From a virus (lineage: Duplodnaviria > Caudoviricetes): a stretch of 32,584 nucleotides of DNA. Numbering within the stretch: the stretch's first letter is position 1; each line of letters opens with the position of its first letter. The translations under genes were made by a program, and so were the position numbers. Location of the stretch: IMG/VR virus record IMGVR_UViG_3300025848_000121, positions 1-32,584 of that record; one strand, 5' to 3'. The notes under the pieces were generated by a model. That model did no database searches, was not told where the DNA came from, and saw nothing but the letters and a program-made list of their open reading frames with translations. Shown one piece after another: positions 24,100 through 32,584 of this stretch.

Positions 24100-25241
24100 A
24101 GATTCTAGGGATTGAACGTGATGCTACGGCTTGTTCCTACTACCGGGTACTTCAGCCTCTTGTGAAGATCGATGAGAATAAGTTGGCTGATGTTTTCATC
24201 CTTAAGGAGTCTCAGCTTGGGACTCCCGAAGCCACGCAGATGGCTTTATGGGCTGACATCATTATGTTCCAAAGACCCGCTTCTGAGGCATGGTTTAATT
24301 TCATCAAAACTTGCAGAAAATATGGGAAGGTGATTGTCAGTGATTACGACGATGATCCTTTTAACACCTCTCCGCTGAATCCTTTCTATCAGTATACGGG
24401 GACAGAAGAGGTGGAGTGGACTTGGGCAGATGGTACTAAGGAAATGCTTTGGAGCGAAGGGATGGTGTCGGCGGGTGGGAAGCGAATCTTCGACATTGAG
24501 CGCAACATTAACCACCGTGATATGTTTCGTTTGAACTTCAAGAAGAGCGATTTAGTGACCTGTACCACAGAAGAACTTCGTCAAGAGTTTTTGAAGATAA
24601 ATCCAAATGTTGCTGTTCTCCCTAATCTTATCGACCCTGATTTTTTCCCTCGTAATGTTGAGATGGTTAAGAAAGGTGTTAGGCTTGGTTGGCAGGGTGG
24701 AGCCTCCCATTATGAGGACTTATACTTCTTGAAAGACGTAATCAAGGAAGTTCTAGAGAAAAATAAGACAGCTAAGTTCGTATACTTTGGGGATATGCGG
24801 TTCACTGGACTATTTAAAGATTGCCCTCAAGATCAGATCGAATGGCATCCGTGGGTAAGTCATGCGACTTATCCTTACAAGCTCGCTCTTATGAACATTG
24901 ATATTGGCCTATGCCCTCTTGTTGATAATGTGTTTAATCGTAATAAGTCTGCGATTAAGTGGATGGAGTATTCCTTGATGGGAATGGCAACGGTGGCGAG
25001 TAACATTCCTCCGTACTCTAAAGTCATTGACAACGGAAGAACAGGGATTCTATGCGGAGCTGAAGACAAGAAAGACTGGGTGGATTCAATTAACTCCTTG
25101 ATTTCAGATAAGCATAAGAGGATTAACTTAGCGAAACGTGCGGAAGAAGAAGTTTTAGAGAATCACAATTCAAACACAAAAGCTCATCTTTGGATTGAGG
25201 CTTATGAGAAAGCTCTTAAGCCTGAAGGAGTAACATCGTGA
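24096..25241 (+). CDS. Glycosyltransferase (GT-B fold, GT4-like)
   Basis: ACSYYRV..P, DYDDD, VLPN, GWQGGASH, DIGLCPL...FNRNKSAIKWMEYS, TVASN.PPY. Confidence 0.85.
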   Translation: MKILGIERDATACSYYRVLQPLVKIDENKLADVFILKESQLGTPEATQMALWADIIMFQRPASEAWFNFIKTCRKYGKVIVSDYDDDPFNTSPLNPFYQYTGTEEVEWTWADGTKEMLWSEGMVSAGGKRIFDIERNINHRDMFRLNFKKSDLVTCTTEELRQEFLKINPNVAVLPNLIDPDFFPRNVEMVKKGVRLGWQGGASHYEDLYFLKDVIKEVLEKNKTAKFVYFGDMRFTGLFKDCPQDQIEWHPWVSHATYPYKLALMNIDIGLCPLVDNVFNRNKSAIKWMEYSLMGMATVASNIPPYSKVIDNGRTGILCGAEDKKDWVDSINSLISDKHKRINLAKRAEEEVLENHNSNTKAHLWIEAYEKALKPEGVTS

Positions 25242-25918
25242 GTTTTACATTCAGCGATCAACAATCACTTCTTAGTTCACTATTAGGAGATAGTAATACT
25301 GGGACGGACGATCAGTTCCCACTGGCTCAACGTAAGAAGGCTATAAACCGTGGGGAGTGGTGTTTTGCGAAGGACACTAAGTATCTCCGTGAGAAGACTT
25401 CCGGGACGGTTAGCGGTGGTTCAATCACTGTTCCTACAGATTTCTTGGAAATCTACTGCTTGATTGTGAACGATCTAGTCCTTACGAACGACCGGGAAGT
25501 TAGCGTGAAGGAATATGAGAGATGGAACTCATACTCTGGAAGCGTACCGCTTTACTATTTCTCTGAGGAATCATCCGTTCGCTACATCAAATTCTTCGGA
25601 TCTCCAAACGGGACGACTTACTCTCTTTATTACATTAAGAAGCCAACGACTGAGCTATCCTCAGATTCCGATGTGAGTTTATTCCCAGAGGAGTATCGTG
25701 AGGCTTCTGTTTATTACGCCGCCTATCAACTGATGATGCAGATTGGGAAGAATGATATTTCAGACAAATATATGGCGATCTACCAAAAATACGTCAGGGA
25801 TGCTCAGGCTTACTCTGAAAGACTATACGTTGACAAGAACTACGCAAACCCTGATGTTAACTCAATCGGCGGATTCACTAACGACACTCAAGGCACGGGT
25901 TACGACTTCGGGAACTAA
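25238..25918 (+). CDS. Head-tail adaptor (tail tubular protein A-like)
   Basis: INRG, VPTDFL, Y.K.PTELS.D.D...FPEEY..A.VYYA pattern; precedes the nozzle gene. Confidence 0.7.
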   Translation: MSFTFSDQQSLLSSLLGDSNTGTDDQFPLAQRKKAINRGEWCFAKDTKYLREKTSGTVSGGSITVPTDFLEIYCLIVNDLVLTNDREVSVKEYERWNSYSGSVPLYYFSEESSVRYIKFFGSPNGTTYSLYYIKKPTTELSSDSDVSLFPEEYREASVYYAAYQLMMQIGKNDISDKYMAIYQKYVRDAQAYSERLYVDKNYANPDVNSIGGFTNDTQGTGYDFGN

Positions 25919-27498
25919 TGGGACTCTCTAATAATTCGGTATTAGATAAATATTCGCTTCAGGAACTTGCGCTAGAGATTCTTTCCTTTGCAGGCGGTGA
26001 GAATACCATCTCTGAAGACCAAGCTATGAAGACGGAAGAAGCACGAACCGTTGAGAACTGGGATGCGATTTCTCTTGGTGGGATGCAGAGATCAAATGGG
26101 TTCAACGAGGTCGCTGATGGTGGGGCAAGTTATACCAATCCCCTAGACCTGCTTATTCAGCATAAAGACGCTGGAGGAACTAACACCTACGGAATCGTTG
26201 AAGGAGATCTGATTTATAAAAATGGTTCTGGATTCACGAACGATGATAACGGGGCATTCACAAGTGGCGTTTTATCTCACGGGGTTTCAGACACTGGTGG
26301 ATTTCTATGGATCACAAACTCTACGGACAATCTTAAGAAGAAGGCAGTGGGCGTGGCAATTGCCACCCCTGCTAGCGTTCCCCCCACGGCTTGTGCTAGG
26401 ATTTATAAGCATAAGAACAGGCTCACGGCAGAAGGGTCGGCCACTTATCCTTACAGAGTATATGGTACAAGAACAGGGATAGGCAATTGGACAGCGGCAG
26501 ATGCGTGGAGTCTGTCGAACGATGCGTGGAGCGTCGATGTCCCAGGGGATACCAGGGGAATGGTGATGGATTTTCCTTCTGGAAACGAGCAGTTAGTATT
26601 CACTGAAGAGAAGGCGTATGCCTTAAGCAATTTCCCTAATACTGCTTTCAGAGCAATCGGAACTCCTTCTCGTGGTTGTGGTGCGCCGTATTCCATAGCC
26701 CTAGGCAACGAAGGTGTATACTTTGTTTCTCGCCGTCCTACTCTTGGAGTATTTCTGTTTGATGGAAATACTTTCACTGAACTTACTCAGTTTAACCACG
26801 ATGTATTCGTTGATCTCATTGACTTCTCAAAGCGAATATTTGGATTCTACCGTAACCGTAAGTATTATCTTATTTACAATGAGACTAATTCAGGAGTTAC
26901 GTATCCTAACCGCATGAGAGTGTACGATGCGAAGTTTGGGCGTTGGATGAATCGCCCCGTGAACACAGCTCTCTCCGATAACTTCGGGTATCCCGCAAGG
27001 CTTCAGTATTCCAATAACGAGTTTTACTGTGCGTCTTCTCAGAAAGATAAGATTTATGAGCTTGAAACAACTGATAATTCAGATGAGGGTCAGAACACTC
27101 TAGCGGTCTATAAGACCAAGACTTTTTCTTCCAGAGATTTCGCTCTTGCATCTGGAGGACAATTTCCCATTGATGATGTCCGCATGAAGCTTCTCAAGAT
27201 GACAGTCAGTTTCTATGGTACAGTCGGGGCAGTGTCTGTTCTCTGGGATGCAGATCGTGGGTTGCACAGTGGGTCTAAAAGCATAGACCTTACAGCTACG
27301 GGAGATAACCTTAATACTACTTTCATCGTAAATACTTCTTACATTACAACCACCCCTGCGGATAAGACGAGAGTGTATACATTCCCGAATGATGCGGTTG
27401 GTAGACGTTTTCAATTCACATTCTCAAACAGCGGAACGAGCGTTCTGCCTAAGATAAAGAAGATTAAGATTACAGCAGTTGCCTTAGAGGAGGCTTAA
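25918..27498 (+). CDS. Tail nozzle/stabilisation protein (P22 gp10-like)
   Basis: FAGGEN N-terminus, beta-propeller-like repeats, GCGAPYSI, GRRFQF C-terminus; 526 aa. Confidence 0.75.
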   Translation: MGLSNNSVLDKYSLQELALEILSFAGGENTISEDQAMKTEEARTVENWDAISLGGMQRSNGFNEVADGGASYTNPLDLLIQHKDAGGTNTYGIVEGDLIYKNGSGFTNDDNGAFTSGVLSHGVSDTGGFLWITNSTDNLKKKAVGVAIATPASVPPTACARIYKHKNRLTAEGSATYPYRVYGTRTGIGNWTAADAWSLSNDAWSVDVPGDTRGMVMDFPSGNEQLVFTEEKAYALSNFPNTAFRAIGTPSRGCGAPYSIALGNEGVYFVSRRPTLGVFLFDGNTFTELTQFNHDVFVDLIDFSKRIFGFYRNRKYYLIYNETNSGVTYPNRMRVYDAKFGRWMNRPVNTALSDNFGYPARLQYSNNEFYCASSQKDKIYELETTDNSDEGQNTLAVYKTKTFSSRDFALASGGQFPIDDVRMKLLKMTVSFYGTVGAVSVLWDADRGLHSGSKSIDLTATGDNLNTTFIVNTSYITTTPADKTRVYTFPNDAVGRRFQFTFSNSGTSVLPKIKKIKITAVALEEA

Positions 27499-27500
27499 CA

Positions 27501-28529
27501 ATGGCATTTCCAAGTGATAGCGCAAGGACAAAAAACTGGGGTACGGAGATTCTTACTGACGCCGACCTTGAAGGACAGCTAGATATTCTTCACGCCTATT
27601 TCGTTGCGTGTTTAAATTCTACTACTGGCCATTCGCATGACGGGACGAGTAATCAGGGGCCGAAGATAAACATTACGAACCTGACGGTTAGCTCTCAGGC
27701 TCAGGGTGATATTTATTATGCGAGTTCGTCTTCAGCGAATGCAAGGCTTGGGGCCGGAACCGCTGGATATGGATTAAGAACTGGAGGAGCTTCAGCAAAC
27801 CCATCTTGGGTCATCCCTCCCTCTGCTGGAGGATTTTCTAATCTTTCAGTATCTAGAACCAATGCGACAACTTGTGCTATCACGGCTGATAGATTGGTTG
27901 TTTTTGATACCAACAATGTTGGTTGGCTTTGTACGTCTGTTAGCGTAAACCCAGCCATCACATCAAGCGGAGCAAACGGATTAGACACTGGGGCAGAAGG
28001 ATCTTCTACTTGGTATTATCTTTGGGTTATTAGAAAAAGTACCGACGGAACAGTGGCTGGATTAATTTCAACATCTTCTACATCTCCAACGATGCCGAGC
28101 GGGTATGACCAGAAAGCCTTAGTTTCTGCTGTTAGGAATGATGGGTCAAGTAATTTTATAGATTTTGTTCAGACTGGAAGGCATTACGATTACGTTGTTA
28201 GTCAAACTGCTTATAGTGGAACACCGACAGCAAATGTTTTCTCTTCAGTTGATACAACTTCAACTATTCCAAGTGCTTTATCTGATCGTGGTTGTTTTAT
28301 TGCCGCATCAGGCTCAAGTGATTCTCCAGTATTTTCAAATGATGGAAGCGTTAGTGCAACCAATAACGCACCAAATAAAATCATGTTTGGAGCAGAAGCA
28401 GGCGCAAAAGTTCAAGCCTACGCTGAATTCAGATTAATTACCTCAAACACAGTATACATTACTTCTCATGGTGGAACAGCGTGTATAGTTTATACGACTG
28501 GATTTAAACTTAATAAGTTGGTGAGTTAA
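27501..28529 (+). CDS. Tail fibre/receptor-binding protein
   Basis: GHSHDG, QGDIYY...RLGAG.AG..L linker, GANGLDTG...TWYYLW...PTMPSGY domain; Ser/Thr-rich. Confidence 0.72.
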   Translation: MAFPSDSARTKNWGTEILTDADLEGQLDILHAYFVACLNSTTGHSHDGTSNQGPKINITNLTVSSQAQGDIYYASSSSANARLGAGTAGYGLRTGGASANPSWVIPPSAGGFSNLSVSRTNATTCAITADRLVVFDTNNVGWLCTSVSVNPAITSSGANGLDTGAEGSSTWYYLWVIRKSTDGTVAGLISTSSTSPTMPSGYDQKALVSAVRNDGSSNFIDFVQTGRHYDYVVSQTAYSGTPTANVFSSVDTTSTIPSALSDRGCFIAASGSSDSPVFSNDGSVSATNNAPNKIMFGAEAGAKVQAYAEFRLITSNTVYITSHGGTACIVYTTGFKLNKLVS

Positions 28530-28531
28530 TC

Positions 28532-28708
28532 ATGGCTATCTCGGAGGAATCTAAACAAGCATTAGCAAGAGAAATTAATTCACTTCAAGAGAAGAAGGCG
28601 TCACTTACGAAGCGTATTCAGGAGTTAGGGGATAAGAAGGATTCACTCGTTGCGATGCGAGCCGAGATTAACTCTCAGATTAATAAGTTACAGGCGGATT
28701 CGGTCTAA
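28532..28708 (+). CDS. Small coiled-coil protein (58 aa), possible fibre chaperone
   Basis: MAISEESKQALAREINSLQEKKASLTKRIQELG...; TAATG overlap with the next gene. Confidence 0.6.
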   Translation: MAISEESKQALAREINSLQEKKASLTKRIQELGDKKDSLVAMRAEINSQINKLQADSV

Positions 28709-28971
28709 TGGCAGAGGGTTGGGTAGAGCTTCACAAGGAAGATCTTCAATCGGTTGAGGGTATTAACTCTCTGAACCGAATGCTCCGCCTTCTCTTTGAT
28801 TTAATACCTGGGGATGCGAATAACGTCCGTGACTTTAGCGGATACGGAAGCCCTGAAAATGTAGTCTCGGCAGATATTGGTTCAACCTATCGCCGTTTGG
28901 ATGGTGGAGCAACAACAACTCTTTATGTGAAAACAAGCGGTTCGTCTGCTACTGGATGGACAGCAAAGTGA
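28708..28971 (+). CDS. Small tail protein (needle/plug-like)
   Basis: GSPENVV.ADIGS.Y.R.DGG..TTLYVK.SG...TGW motif; sits between tail and ejection genes. Confidence 0.6.
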   Translation: MAEGWVELHKEDLQSVEGINSLNRMLRLLFDLIPGDANNVRDFSGYGSPENVVSADIGSTYRRLDGGATTTLYVKTSGSSATGWTAK

Positions 28972-28978
28972 GGAATTT

Positions 28979-29896
28979 ATGGCTGATTCAAAAGTAAACT
29001 GGTGGAAGACTGGACTTGCTGGAGGAACCGGGTACGGTTGGCTTTGGGGTAGAGATAAGGTTAACAACAATAATTCTGGTTATCCTGATCCTCCGACCTT
29101 TCAGGCTGATCCTTATGTATCTAAGAGCCAAGATAGGCTATGGGGGCAAGCGGACTATCTTCTTAATGGCTTAACTTCAGATGGCGGGAATCTTTCCGGG
29201 CTGATGGGGGATACGGTTAGTTTTAATCCTCTGACGACTCAGTATGCGCTTCAGGCCATGCAATCTCAGCTTGCTCCCAGCTATCGTAACTCTCAACAGA
29301 ACCTCACGAACACTTTAGAGGCAAATAATCAGCTTACGGGAAGCACTACGGCGTCAGCGTTTGGGAATCTTGAAGCCGATTATATGGCACAGCTTACAGG
29401 TGCCACAGCTCAGGCTGGATTGGCTGATGTTAATCGTGCATTAGCTAATCGTGTGAGTCTTTATCAGACTGGACTTAACACAGTTCAGGCTGTTGGTAAT
29501 AACGCTTTACAGAATCAAGGTCAGGTTAATAATTTCGCTCTTGGAAACTACGAAAACCAAGTAGCCCAGGCCATGATGAACCAGCCAGCTCCCACTGGGG
29601 GCTTAAGCGGTGCTTTGACGGGTGCATTAGGCGGGGCCATAAGCGGTGGAGTCATGAGTGGTGGGAATCCTCTTGCGATTGCGGCGGGAGCCGGGCTTGG
29701 AGGATACTCTGGGTATTCTGGATCTCCTGGCACAGGTGGACAGTTCTTAGGAGCGGGTGCAAATATGTACGGGAATTCTCGACCTATGAGCTTAAACCTT
29801 TCGACTGTCGGGGCAAATCAAGGCGGGGAAAGTATCCAAAATCTTCTTTCTCAGCAACGTGGATTAAACAGTTATTACGGATACGGACTTTACTAA
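28979..29896 (+). CDS. Putative DNA ejection (internal virion) protein 1
   Basis: Gln/Asn/Ala-rich helical core and a Gly-rich hydrophobic segment; podovirus gene order. Confidence 0.6.
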   Translation: MADSKVNWWKTGLAGGTGYGWLWGRDKVNNNNSGYPDPPTFQADPYVSKSQDRLWGQADYLLNGLTSDGGNLSGLMGDTVSFNPLTTQYALQAMQSQLAPSYRNSQQNLTNTLEANNQLTGSTTASAFGNLEADYMAQLTGATAQAGLADVNRALANRVSLYQTGLNTVQAVGNNALQNQGQVNNFALGNYENQVAQAMMNQPAPTGGLSGALTGALGGAISGGVMSGGNPLAIAAGAGLGGYSGYSGSPGTGGQFLGAGANMYGNSRPMSLNLSTVGANQGGESIQNLLSQQRGLNSYYGYGLY

Positions 29897-29905
29897 GGAG
29901 CAATC

Positions 29906-30832
29906 ATGGGCGTATTAGATACAGTACTTAGATATAAGAATCAGAAAGATGCTGAGCGTAACGCAGACATCTCCGCAATCCCTCAGGCCATGATGCAGTT
30001 TCAGGCTGGGAGACAACAGGCGACAGATAATCTTCTGAAGCAGTTAGCTCTGCAAGCTACCTTAGCGAGTAGCGGTTTAAGAATTTCTCAAGGCCCTAAT
30101 GGTTTACAGATTGCTCGTGATGAGAGTCTTGTAAGTCCTATGGATCAGCTTATTCAGAGGGGAAAAGCGGCGGAAGCGGCAAAGAACGTAGGAGATCGTA
30201 GTTTATTTAATGCACTTCAAAGTAATCCTTCTAGCCCTCAGGCGACTCAGGGGTTGGTTCAGCCGTCTAACGGTTCTCCCGTTTCTCAAATGCAAGCTCC
30301 AGAGATTGACCCGTTTACTGGTAAGCCAACGACAAAAGGAATTCAGCAGGAAGCCATTAATAAACAAATCCAAGCTCAGGGATTAGAAGAAGCTAAGACT
30401 GGCGCAAAGAACAAAGAAAAGATTAAGGGAATGGAAACTATTGAAGGGGATTTAGATAGTCTTCTTGCTCTTTATAATAAAATTCCATCGCATGACAAAG
30501 GGCCATTAGAAGGAAGAACTAGAGGAGTATATGCCAAGGCATTTGGAACAGATGTTCCTCTTACTACCTTTGAAGATTCAAGCGGATTGGTATTAGCAAA
30601 TATCTCAAGAGAATTTGGCGGAGAAAAGGGTGTTCTCACTGACCAAGATATTAAACGTATCAAATCTGCATTCCCGAATAAAACTGATACGGACGCTATC
30701 GCTCAGTCAAAGATTGCGTTCATTAAAGATTTTGTTCGTAGAAAGATTGATGTGAAGAGAAACGGGTCATCTTCCAAAATAGATCTTAGCTCAATGTCTA
30801 CCGAAGAACTTAAGAAGTTAGCAGGGGTATAA
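29906..30832 (+). CDS. Putative DNA ejection protein 2
   Basis: 308 aa; GEKGVLTDQD motif, DLSSMSTEELKK tail; AAGGAG RBS. Confidence 0.6.
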   Translation: MGVLDTVLRYKNQKDAERNADISAIPQAMMQFQAGRQQATDNLLKQLALQATLASSGLRISQGPNGLQIARDESLVSPMDQLIQRGKAAEAAKNVGDRSLFNALQSNPSSPQATQGLVQPSNGSPVSQMQAPEIDPFTGKPTTKGIQQEAINKQIQAQGLEEAKTGAKNKEKIKGMETIEGDLDSLLALYNKIPSHDKGPLEGRTRGVYAKAFGTDVPLTTFEDSSGLVLANISREFGGEKGVLTDQDIKRIKSAFPNKTDTDAIAQSKIAFIKDFVRRKIDVKRNGSSSKIDLSSMSTEELKKLAGV

Positions 30833-32566
30833 ATGGAAATCACTAAAGATATGGCTTTAAAGGAACTAGCTATCAGAGAACTTAAATCTAGGGGTGAATT
30901 TTCTTCTGAGTCTTCTGTTAAGGCCGATCCCATGAAGACCTACAAGAACGAAAATATTGGGGATGTTTACAACAACATCTTTGTTCGCCCTGGGGCTGGA
31001 GTTCGTAATACTATTCGTGGTGGAAGCTTCATGGAAGGATTTGATGATCCTAATTCTGTTCCATCTTTCCAAAGTGAAATTCTTGGGAATTACTATAATT
31101 CAGGGTTTCTTGAGGGGCATAACACTCTAAAGACTTTACTTGGTAATGTTCCTTCTGCCGTTGGTCTTGCGGGTGATATTGCCACAAATCCAGCAGATTC
31201 TCTTTTGATGCTTCTTGGGAAAGCTCCAGTTAAAGGAACCGGGACTACTCTTGATGCTATTATTGCTGATAGTAAATTGGGTCAGACGGTTGGTCGCATG
31301 GCTAATGCTGAGATTAATAAACCTTCTGATTTAGCTAAGTTAGTTAATCCCAGATTGACCGAAACCCCAGGGGCTTTAGAAAGATTGCAATCTGCTAGGG
31401 CCGGGGCTGAGAGCCGTAAAACTGTGTCTAAATTATTACCATCGGCGGATTTGGCTACCGACATTAAACAGAATAGAGCTTCCGGGGTGCAGGTTGAGGG
31501 ATCTAATCTTATTAAGAAAACAAATGATCCTCAGAGCATTGTTAATAAATTCAGATTAGAAAAAGAGCGGGTTCTTAATACCGTTGATGATTTGGTAGCT
31601 GAGAATAATATGCCCGTTGACCCTAATTTTGTGGGAACAAGAGCGAAGTTAATCTTAGAGAAAGACCTCAAGAACGCAACGCCTAAAGAACGTGCGGATA
31701 TTATGAAATGGGTAAAAGAAGAGGGGAATTGGATTGATGAGCAAGACGGATTCGATACTGTTAAAGCTAATGCTAGAAAGCGGTATCTATATCAAGAAAC
31801 TCAGGGTATGCAGAAAAAACAGAACTCTGGAAAAGTAACCGTGACTTCCCCTGAAAGAGATAAAGTTCGTGATGCTTTTTCTCAAGCTTATAAGGAAGCT
31901 ATCGAGAGAACTCATCCCGACATACAAAAGTTAAACTCTCGTTTTTCTGGACTTGATGCTGGGGAAACTGCGGCGGCAAAACTCACGGAATCAGCGATTG
32001 AGAATCAGCCTAATAATATTATTCAAAGAGCGATTGGGTATACCGTTGGAAGATTAACTCCTGGGCAGGGGGTGGCGGCGGCGGTACGTGAGGTTCCTTC
32101 TTTAGTGGGCAGTGGAGCAAAATCTATTTCTGGAATGACTGGAAAGATAGAGAAGTTATCAAGCACATCCGCTGATCTTCTCGCTAAATCAAGAGAGCTT
32201 CAGGGCGAAAGGCTCCTTAACACTTTCCTTAAAGATAAACCGAATCAACAATTCTTCAGAGAACTCCTGACCCATGATGATTTAGTCTCTGTGACAAATC
32301 CTCAGTTTCAGAAGAGTATCGGAGTATCTGATAAGTTTGGAGATGGGTTTGAAAGAACCAATCCAGAAGAGGCTTATAATCGTATTAAAGACTTCGCTCT
32401 CAAGTATTGGAACCCAAAGACTAAGATTGTTGATATTCCTTCCGGGGAAGTTTTTAGCACGAAGTCTAAAACACTCTTAAAGTCTTTTGGGATTGATCCG
32501 GTAACCGGAAAAGTCACGGATAAAGTAAAATCAGCACTAGAAGTTGCTATGAAAAGGAAGGGTTAA
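30833..32566 (+). CDS. Putative DNA ejection protein 3
   Basis: 577-aa helical protein without catalytic motifs, following the two previous genes. Confidence 0.55.
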   Translation: MEITKDMALKELAIRELKSRGEFSSESSVKADPMKTYKNENIGDVYNNIFVRPGAGVRNTIRGGSFMEGFDDPNSVPSFQSEILGNYYNSGFLEGHNTLKTLLGNVPSAVGLAGDIATNPADSLLMLLGKAPVKGTGTTLDAIIADSKLGQTVGRMANAEINKPSDLAKLVNPRLTETPGALERLQSARAGAESRKTVSKLLPSADLATDIKQNRASGVQVEGSNLIKKTNDPQSIVNKFRLEKERVLNTVDDLVAENNMPVDPNFVGTRAKLILEKDLKNATPKERADIMKWVKEEGNWIDEQDGFDTVKANARKRYLYQETQGMQKKQNSGKVTVTSPERDKVRDAFSQAYKEAIERTHPDIQKLNSRFSGLDAGETAAAKLTESAIENQPNNIIQRAIGYTVGRLTPGQGVAAAVREVPSLVGSGAKSISGMTGKIEKLSSTSADLLAKSRELQGERLLNTFLKDKPNQQFFRELLTHDDLVSVTNPQFQKSIGVSDKFGDGFERTNPEEAYNRIKDFALKYWNPKTKIVDIPSGEVFSTKSKTLLKSFGIDPVTGKVTDKVKSALEVAMKRKG

Positions 32567-32584
32567 TCCTTGAAGACAATCGCC

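Noticed and set aside
20890-25241. Host polysaccharide locus joined by misassembly, or a gtr-type serotype-conversion moron
   Set aside because: Genes overlap the flanking phage genes without breaks, have no separate promoter or terminator, and include no evident membrane proteins.
13102-31464. Minus-strand and alternate-frame ORFs within the right arm (for example 13102..13563, 22133..22504, 26451..26777)
   Set aside because: Shadows of longer motif-bearing genes.
1-32584. Integrase, CI-type repressor, tRNA or rRNA genes
   Set aside because: No recognisable motifs or cloverleaf structures were seen; they could lie outside the window.

Overview
The window is a large part of a tailed dsDNA phage genome (Caudoviricetes, P22/SU10-like short-tailed layout) with two divergent arms around a control region at about 12.27-12.55 kb. 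The left arm (minus strand, about 130-12262) is an early operon. It encodes a Gp88-family protein, two paralogous minimal C5-cytosine methyltransferase-like proteins, an RHH-like regulator, a signal-peptide lytic transglycosylase, a PD-(D/E)XK exonuclease with an SSB-like partner, a DUF4373-type replication initiator, a DnaB-type helicase core, NinG, YopX and many Cys-rich or membrane microproteins. The right arm (plus strand, 12554-32566) is the morphogenesis operon: terS, terL, portal, scaffold, major capsid protein, adaptor, tail nozzle, fibre, needle-like protein and three ejection-type proteins. The most notable signals are: (1) a translationally coupled glycan synthesis and tailoring cassette (GT2, deacetylase, SAM methyltransferase, WbqC, nucleotidyltransferase-kinase fusion, GT-B) between the capsid and head-tail adaptor genes, a candidate virion glycosylation system; (2) four tandem NrdR-box-like operators over the putative late promoter with no nrd gene in view; (3) a dif-like XerCD site between terS and terL. 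No integrase, tRNA, rRNA or CRISPR array was seen. All family calls come from motif recognition by eye, not from database searches.
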